54,420 bases of DNA from Pseudonocardiales bacterium (lineage in GTDB: Bacteria > Actinomycetota > Actinomycetes > Mycobacteriales > Pseudonocardiaceae): contig JAPLAT010000213.1 of assembly GCA_026393175.1 (NCBI GenBank), positions 1 through 54,420 on the forward strand. The letters are read 5' to 3'. Position 1 is the stretch's first letter; the number at the start of each line of letters is the position of its first letter. Of the stretch, positions 48,777-54,420 are shown piece by piece. The notes beneath the pieces were generated by a model. That model was not told the origin of the DNA and made no database searches. It saw only the letters and a list, made by a program, of their open reading frames with translations. The translations under genes and the position numbers were made by a program.

Positions 48777-49543
48777 CCCGCGGCCGCCGGCCCGCTGCCG
48801 CCGCAGGTCCTGCTGCGACGAGCGCGCCTGTCCCCGACACCGCAGCTGCGCCGGTTCCGGCGGAGTCGGGGACCGATCCGGAGACCTCGGCCGCCGCCGA
48901 GCCGGAGGACCGGGCCGCCGGCGACCCTCCCGCCGTCCCCGAGGACCCGGCGCCCAGCGGCGGCCCGGGCCGACCGAGGGGCACGGCGGTGCGCGGCGAG
49001 CGGGCGCGCGCGCAGGCGGTCCACGTGTGGCGGGGCCTGATGGCGAGGCCGGTGCGCACCACCGTCGTCGCGACCGTGGTCGGCCTGCTCGGCCTCGGTG
49101 CTGCGGTGGCGATGGCGGCCCAGGCGGACGAGCTGCGCGGCCCGGCCGCGAACACCGCGCTGGTCGACCAGGAGAGCACCGCCCGGCTGCTCGGCGACGT
49201 CAACGCGGCCGTCGAGCGGACCTACGGCTACGCGTTCGACTCGCTCGACGCCGACGAGCGCGCCGCGCAGGACGCCGTCGTCGGCGCCTTCGCCGACCGG
49301 TTCCGTGAGGAGTTCACCACCGTGCGGGAGCTGGCTCCGGCCCAGCAGGCGACGGTCACCGCCACGGTGCGGGAGTCGGCCGTGCAGAGCCTGCGGGGGA
49401 GTCGCGCGGAGGTGCTGGTGTTCGTGGACCAGACGATCCGCAACCTCGAGCTGCCCGAGGGAGCCGCCAGTGGCGCCCGGCTGGTCGTCACCGCCGAGCT
49501 GGTGGACGGGCGGTGGCGCATCGCCGACGTGCTGAGCCGGTAG
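48773..49543 (+). CDS. Mce-associated membrane protein (Mam-like) 2
   Basis: Low-complexity N-terminus, TM, AEVLVFVDQ and VDGRWRIADV motifs. Confidence 0.82.
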   Translation: MTRGRRPAAAAGPAATSAPVPDTAAAPVPAESGTDPETSAAAEPEDRAAGDPPAVPEDPAPSGGPGRPRGTAVRGERARAQAVHVWRGLMARPVRTTVVATVVGLLGLGAAVAMAAQADELRGPAANTALVDQESTARLLGDVNAAVERTYGYAFDSLDADERAAQDAVVGAFADRFREEFTTVRELAPAQQATVTATVRESAVQSLRGSRAEVLVFVDQTIRNLELPEGAASGARLVVTAELVDGRWRIADVLSR

Positions 49544-49665
49544 CAGCCGGGGCACAGCCCGCGGGCGGGTCGGCGATGTCGGCCGACCGGCCCGTCGGTC
49601 CCGGCGCGGCGCGTCTCCCGTCATCGGGTCGACACCGCACGGCCCGGGAGACAGGAGCATGCGGG

Positions 49666-50268
49666 TCACCCGGTCGAGAGGACCTCTCGGAGGTAGGGCC
49701 CGACCAGTTCGGCGATCTCACCGGCCACGGTGTCCACGTCGCGGTCGGGCAGCACCACGTGGCTGACCAGCAGCCGGGCCAGTGCGTCGGCGGCCACCGC
49801 CACCCGGCGCGGGTCCGCGGAGGGACGGCGTCGCAGGACGTGGCCGGTGAGGGCCGCGGTGGCCCGGTCGATGATCGGGGCCGAGTCGGTGGTGACCAGG
49901 TCGAGCAGGCCGCTCTCCGCTCCGGTGAGCAGGCAGGTGACCATGGGGTCGTCCCGGGCGGCGTTCAGCACGAACCGGCAGCAGGTGCGGACCGCCTCCT
50001 GCTCGTCGCCGCCCGCGTCCGCGAGGACGTCGGACAGCGCGCCGAGGAGCAGGTCGGTCCGGCGGAGCACGACCGCGCGGACCAATGCGGGCTTCGAGCC
50101 GAACTCCGCGTAGAGGGTCTGCCGGCTGATGCCCACCGCGACCGCCACGTCGCCCATCCGCAGCGACTCCCAGCCGGATCGGTCGGCGACCTCGGCTGTG
50201 GCGTCGATCACGGCCTCGCGCAGCAGGTGGCGCGTGACACCCGGGAACCGGTGCTGCCGCTGTGCCAT
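49666..50268 (-). CDS. TetR-family regulator, AlkX/Rv3249c-like (copy 3)
   Basis: GISRQTLYAEFGSK and DPMVTCLLTG...LLDLVTTDSAPII motifs. Confidence 0.9.
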   Translation of the reverse strand: MAQRQHRFPGVTRHLLREAVIDATAEVADRSGWESLRMGDVAVAVGISRQTLYAEFGSKPALVRAVVLRRTDLLLGALSDVLADAGGDEQEAVRTCCRFVLNAARDDPMVTCLLTGAESGLLDLVTTDSAPIIDRATAALTGHVLRRRPSADPRRVAVAADALARLLVSHVVLPDRDVDTVAGEIAELVGPYLREVLSTG

Positions 50269-50274
50269 GATGGC

Positions 50275-50302
50275 AGCCTGACAGACGGCCCGCCGCTGTC
50301 AA
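50275..50302 (-). promoter_or_regulatory. GACA-N13-TGTC operator overlapping the tetR promoter
   Basis: CTGACA-gacggcccgccgc-TGTCAA. Minus strand TTGACA-16 bp-CAGGCT, 6 nt before ATG50268. Confidence 0.65.
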
Positions 50303-50335
50303 GAAGACGGACACACCGCAACGAAGGGTCCACCG

Positions 50336-50902
50336 ATGACGGAGCTTCCTCCGCGGCCAGCGGACGCGGTCCTGCTCGACCCGCACGGGGACCGGTGCTT
50401 CGGCTGCGGCCCGGACAACCCGGCCGGGGTCGCGCTGCAGGTCTACCGCGTCGGCGACGAGGTGCTGGCCGACGTGTCCTTCGCGCCGAAGCACGCCGGC
50501 GCCCACGGTGTCGTGCACGGCGGGGTGCTGGCGTCGGCCTGCGACGACCTGGTGGCGTTCCTGCTCTACGTGCTGCGGCAGCCGGCCGTGACCCGCAGCC
50601 TCCAGGTGGAGTACCTGGCACCGGTGCCGGTGGGGGAGCCGCACCGGCTGGTGGGTCGGCTGGTCAGCCAGGAGGGTCGCCGGTTGACGATGGCGGCCGA
50701 GGGGCGCGCCGCCGACGGTGCGGTGCGTTTCTCCGCGCACGCCGTGTTCGTCACGGTGGACCTCGCGCACTTCGAGCGGTTCGGCTCGGCCGACGGGGCC
50801 GACGTGGTCAGCAGGTTCCGTGTCGCACGACCCGACACGGCGACGGCGGACACCGGACCGACCCGCCCGTCGGTGCCCGGCACGATCGCCCGGGGTGCCT
50901 GA
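50336..50902 (+). CDS. PaaI-family hot-dog thioesterase
   Basis: CFGCGPDNPAG, VVHGGVLASACDD and LQVEYLAPVP motifs. Confidence 0.9.
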   Translation: MTELPPRPADAVLLDPHGDRCFGCGPDNPAGVALQVYRVGDEVLADVSFAPKHAGAHGVVHGGVLASACDDLVAFLLYVLRQPAVTRSLQVEYLAPVPVGEPHRLVGRLVSQEGRRLTMAAEGRAADGAVRFSAHAVFVTVDLAHFERFGSADGADVVSRFRVARPDTATADTGPTRPSVPGTIARGA

Positions 50903-51942
50903 TGGGTGGCTCGATGGTCGCCGGGTACCCGCACCGGATCGGCGGGCACTGCGGGTCCGGCTCGCTGCGTGACCTGCTCGAATGGGCCGGCCTGAGCTAT
51001 GGCGACGCGCCGATGGGCGAGGGCGCGGTGTTCGGGCTGGGCGGCAGCCTGAGCTTCAGCTACCTGCGTGGTCCCGGCCTCGGGACCCCGATCTACCTCG
51101 TCGGGCGGGGCGCCTCGCTGACCGAGCAGTTCAGCGCGAACCTCGGCATCGCCCAGGAGCTGCGCTCGACCGACGATCCGGTGCTGGGCTGGGAGTGGGT
51201 GCGCGACGAGCTCGATGCGGGCCGCCCGGTCCTGTGCTGGGCCGAGATGGCCGAGCTGCCCTACCTGCGGGTGAAGATGCGGATGAGTCGCCACGACATC
51301 GTCGTCATCGGCTACGACGACGACGCGGGCACGGTTGTCGTGGTGGATAACGACCGGGCCGAGCCGCAGACGATCGGCCGCGACGACCTGGCGCGGGCCC
51401 GCTCGGCCGTCGGCTTCCCGGTGCCCACCCGGCACACCTGCTTCCGGCTCGGCTTCCCCGACGCACTGCCCGACCTGCGGGCGGCGGCGGCGAGGGCGTG
51501 TGCCGAGGCGGTGCACGGGATGTCCGACCCGGTCCCGGCGATGGGTGCGACGGCGGTCGCCGGGACCGCCGGGGTCGCTGCGTTCGTGGCCGACCTCGAC
51601 CTCTGGGCCGAGCAGTTCCCGGGGGACGCGCTGGATCGTGCGCTGTTCAGCCTGCAGGTGTTCGTGGAGAAGGCGGGAACCGGCGGCGGGCTGTTCCGGC
51701 GGCTGCAGGCGGAGTTCCTGACCGATCTCGGCGGCTGGGTCCACGATCCGGCCGTGTTCGCGGCGGCCGCGGTGTACCGGCGGCTCGCCGACACGTGGTC
51801 GCGAACCGCTTCGGCTGCCGTGGGCGGGGCCCCGGCCTCCGACCGCCTCGCGGCGGTGCGCCGCGAGGCCGCCGCGCTGCCCGCCCTGGAGTGCGAGGGC
51901 GTCGACAGGCTGGCTGCGCTGGCACAGCGGCTGGCGCCCTGA
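50902..51942 (+). CDS. BtrH N-terminal-domain / DUF4872-like protein (papain-like fold)
   Basis: GGHCGSGSLRDLL, ELPY, SRHDIVVIGYD and EKAGTGGGLFR motifs. TGATG coupling. Confidence 0.8.
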   Translation: MGGSMVAGYPHRIGGHCGSGSLRDLLEWAGLSYGDAPMGEGAVFGLGGSLSFSYLRGPGLGTPIYLVGRGASLTEQFSANLGIAQELRSTDDPVLGWEWVRDELDAGRPVLCWAEMAELPYLRVKMRMSRHDIVVIGYDDDAGTVVVVDNDRAEPQTIGRDDLARARSAVGFPVPTRHTCFRLGFPDALPDLRAAAARACAEAVHGMSDPVPAMGATAVAGTAGVAAFVADLDLWAEQFPGDALDRALFSLQVFVEKAGTGGGLFRRLQAEFLTDLGGWVHDPAVFAAAAVYRRLADTWSRTASAAVGGAPASDRLAAVRREAAALPALECEGVDRLAALAQRLAP

Positions 51943-52029
51943 CCAGCCCCCCCGGGGCCAGCCCTGGCGCCGATTCCCTCGTCCAGGGCACGCCACGCGC
52001 CCCGGGAGGACGGCGCGAACCCGATGCCG

Positions 52030-52420
52030 TCACCGCGGGCGGTCTCGTCGACAGCCACACCCGGGCCGGTGCCGACCGCGTCCATCGCCAGGAGTGCGGC
52101 TCGGAACTCGGTCACCAGTCGCGGGTGCGGGCGAGGCGCGGTGACATGTCGGCGCCGAGAAGGCTCTGGGAGGCGATGATTGCAGCGGCCGGGGCGGGGT
52201 CGCGACCCTCGTGTCGGCGACGACCAGGTCGCGCAAGGCGTCGTGGATGGGGAGCCAGGCCCCGGTCTCGACCCAGAGGAGGTAGAGGCCGTAGATGGTC
52301 TTGGCGGGCGGGAAGTCGTGCGGGAGCGCCGCCCAGGCGATCCCGCCGACCACCAGGTAGAAGATCGCGTCCAGGACCAGGCGGCAGGGGTGTCTCTGCG
52401 CGGATCCCCCGTCGGTCCAG
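52030..52420 (-). pseudogene. Degenerate IS5-family transposase remnant
   Basis: RLVLDAIFYLVVGGIAWAALPHDFPPAKTIY, then a frameshift to GRDPAPAAAIIASQS (the IDSQS catalytic Asp is lost). Boundaries approximate. Confidence 0.8.
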
Positions 52421-52767
52421 GTGACGGGCGCACCAGGCTGCCGTTACGACCACAGGTGGGCGACGGGACTGTGGCGGTCGTGAGCGGAACCGCCGGTTCG
52501 CGGTACCGGCAGGCCCAGCGCCTCAGCGTGGAAGACCCGGGTCCGCGTTCAGGCGCTCGGCGACGGAGAGCTGCGGCTCGTAGGGCAACTGCGCCGTGTC
52601 GACAGCGGGGCGAACCTTCCGGTCCGGTTAATCGTTAGCTCCGTGGAAAGTGCTTGTGCCTCGGGTCGCCGTACCCAGGACCAGGACAGTGCCCGCTCAC
52701 CGCTCACCGCCCGGCTTCCACCGGGCCGGGCTCCAGCCCGTCGTCTGCCAGGAAGAGGACCTCCCGG

Positions 52768-54420
52768 ATGGCCCACCACCGCACTGCCGCTACACCGCGA
52801 CCTGCCCGCCCGCGTGTCGACGTCAGCCGACGGAAGTTCCTCGGTTTCGTCATCGCTGCCCCGACGCTGGTGGTGGCCGCGGAGATGGGGCGCCAGTCGC
52901 TCGGGCTGGGCCCGACCGCAGTCGCGAGCCCGCTCGTGTCGCCCCCGCAGGTCCCGGAGGCCTACGATCTGCTCGATCTCCTGCGCGAGACATCCCGCGC
53001 GACGGCGAATCTGATCCGTATCACGGTCAACCGCGACAGCACGGTCTCTTTCGAACTCCCCCGCTCGGACAACGGGCAGGGCATCATCACCTCCACTCAG
53101 ATGATCATCGCGGAGGAGATGGGCCTCGATCCCGACCAGGTGATCGTCACCCTCGCCGATGCCCGCCCGGAGCTGCTGTTCAACCAGATCACCGCCGGGT
53201 CGAGCACCACCTTCACCACCTACACCCCGATCCGGGTGGCGGCCGCGATCGCCAACAAGCGGCTGCTCGACGCGGCAGCGGCCCAGCTGGAGCAGGAGGT
53301 CAGCCTGCTGACCAGCCGGGCGGGCCTGATCACCAGCACCGTCGGGGCGGTGATCCCGATCGGTGACCTGGCCGAGGTCGCGGGCACCGACGTGACGGAG
53401 GAGGTGGAGGTCCTCCTCAAGCCGCGCGAGGAGTTCACGGTCGTCGGGAGGCCGCGCAACAAGTCCGACCAGGTCGCGATGGTGACCGGGGCGAAAAAGT
53501 TCGTCACCGACCTGGCCATTCCCGACGCGCTGCCGACCATGGTCTGCCGGGCACCCACGCTCAACGGCACACCGGACGGCGTGGACAACATCGACGAGGT
53601 CCGGCGGATGCCGGGCGTCACCGACGTCGAGGTGGTCGGCACGGGCATCGCGGTCCGTGCGCTGACCTTCGGCCAGTGCATCGACGCGATCCAGGTGCTG
53701 CGGGCCCGGTGGGGCTCCGGGACCGCCGAGGGCGCCAACGACGACTCGGTGCTCGCCGAGATCAAGGCGGCCGAGCTGCCGCTCGTCGTCCCGGCCGGGG
53801 TGGTCGGCGAGAGCCTGGAGAGCGAGCACACGTTCTACTTCCGCAGCGGCGCGTCCCTGGAGACCAACTCCGCCATCGCCGACGTGCGCGACGGGAGGGC
53901 CGAGATCTGGGGCCCGGCGAAGAACCCCATCGCCGCGCAGGCCGAGATCGCCAAAGTGATCGGCCTGCCGACGAGCGCGGTCACCTTCCACGTCATCGAG
54001 GGCGGTGGCTCGTTCGGCCGCAAGCTGTTCTTCGACGCCGCGCTCGAGGCCGCCGAGATCTCGCAGAAGATGGGCAAGCCCGTCAAGCTGATGTGGCACC
54101 GCGCCGACGACTCGCGCGTCGGGCGCGTGCATCCGCTGTGCACCTCGCGGGTGCGCGCCGTTGTCGCCGGGGACACGGTGGTCAGCTTCGAGCAGCGTCA
54201 CGCCAGCGTAGCGACCGAGACCAACCCGGGTCTCGGCGAGCCGCTGACCGCGGCGGTGTTCAGACTGCCGGCCGCGAATTACACGCTGTCCCAGTCCATC
54301 TTCGAGCTGACGCAGGTGACGCACTACAACTTCGGGGTGAGCACCCGGTTGCTCAACGAGGTCGACCTGCGGTTCAACACGCAGTCCACCCGCAACATCT
54401 ACTCCCCCGACGTCACGGCC
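52768..54420 (+). CDS. Xanthine-dehydrogenase/IorB-family molybdopterin-binding subunit with a Tat signal, cut by the window end
   Basis: Manual translation: SRRKFLGFVIAAPTLVVAA, PRSDNGQGIITS, IAEEM, GGGSFGRK. Absent from the ORF track because it has no stop codon in the window. Confidence 0.88.
   Translation, partial: MAHHRTAATPRPARPRVDVSRRKFLGFVIAAPTLVVAAEMGRQSLGLGPTAVASPLVSPPQVPEAYDLLDLLRETSRATANLIRITVNRDSTVSFELPRSDNGQGIITSTQMIIAEEMGLDPDQVIVTLADARPELLFNQITAGSSTTFTTYTPIRVAAAIANKRLLDAAAAQLEQEVSLLTSRAGLITSTVGAVIPIGDLAEVAGTDVTEEVEVLLKPREEFTVVGRPRNKSDQVAMVTGAKKFVTDLAIPDALPTMVCRAPTLNGTPDGVDNIDEVRRMPGVTDVEVVGTGIAVRALTFGQCIDAIQVLRARWGSGTAEGANDDSVLAEIKAAELPLVVPAGVVGESLESEHTFYFRSGASLETNSAIADVRDGRAEIWGPAKNPIAAQAEIAKVIGLPTSAVTFHVIEGGGSFGRKLFFDAALEAAEISQKMGKPVKLMWHRADDSRVGRVHPLCTSRVRAVVAGDTVVSFEQRHASVATETNPGLGEPLTAAVFRLPAANYTLSQSIFELTQVTHYNFGVSTRLLNEVDLRFNTQSTRNIYSPDVTA

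Overview
Very GC-rich actinobacterial DNA (Pseudonocardiaceae-like by gene content; inference) carrying a roughly 50 kb hydrophobic-substrate uptake and oxidation region. At the left end a complete IS21 element (1-2581) has inserted into an IS701-like transposase. The main content is: ALDH-SCP2-acyl-CoA ligase; a non-canonical Mce operon (2 YrbE, its own ATPase, 6 Mce, then MMPL/RND, a SurA-type PPIase and a NarL regulator); an ADH-R2lox-ferredoxin-ferredoxin reductase operon; two P450s with an acyl-CoA dehydrogenase; a second, canonical Mce operon; PaaI-BtrH-like genes; an IS5 remnant; and a truncated Tat-exported molybdoenzyme. Three AlkX/Rv3249c-like TetR genes each have a GACA-N13-TGTC palindrome upstream, yet no alkB or rubredoxin is present. 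The best candidate for an undescribed system is an R2lox-centred alkane/lipid terminal-oxidation pathway with its own electron chain and importers. All assignments come from motif recognition by eye, without database searches. No rRNA, tRNA or CRISPR array was seen.
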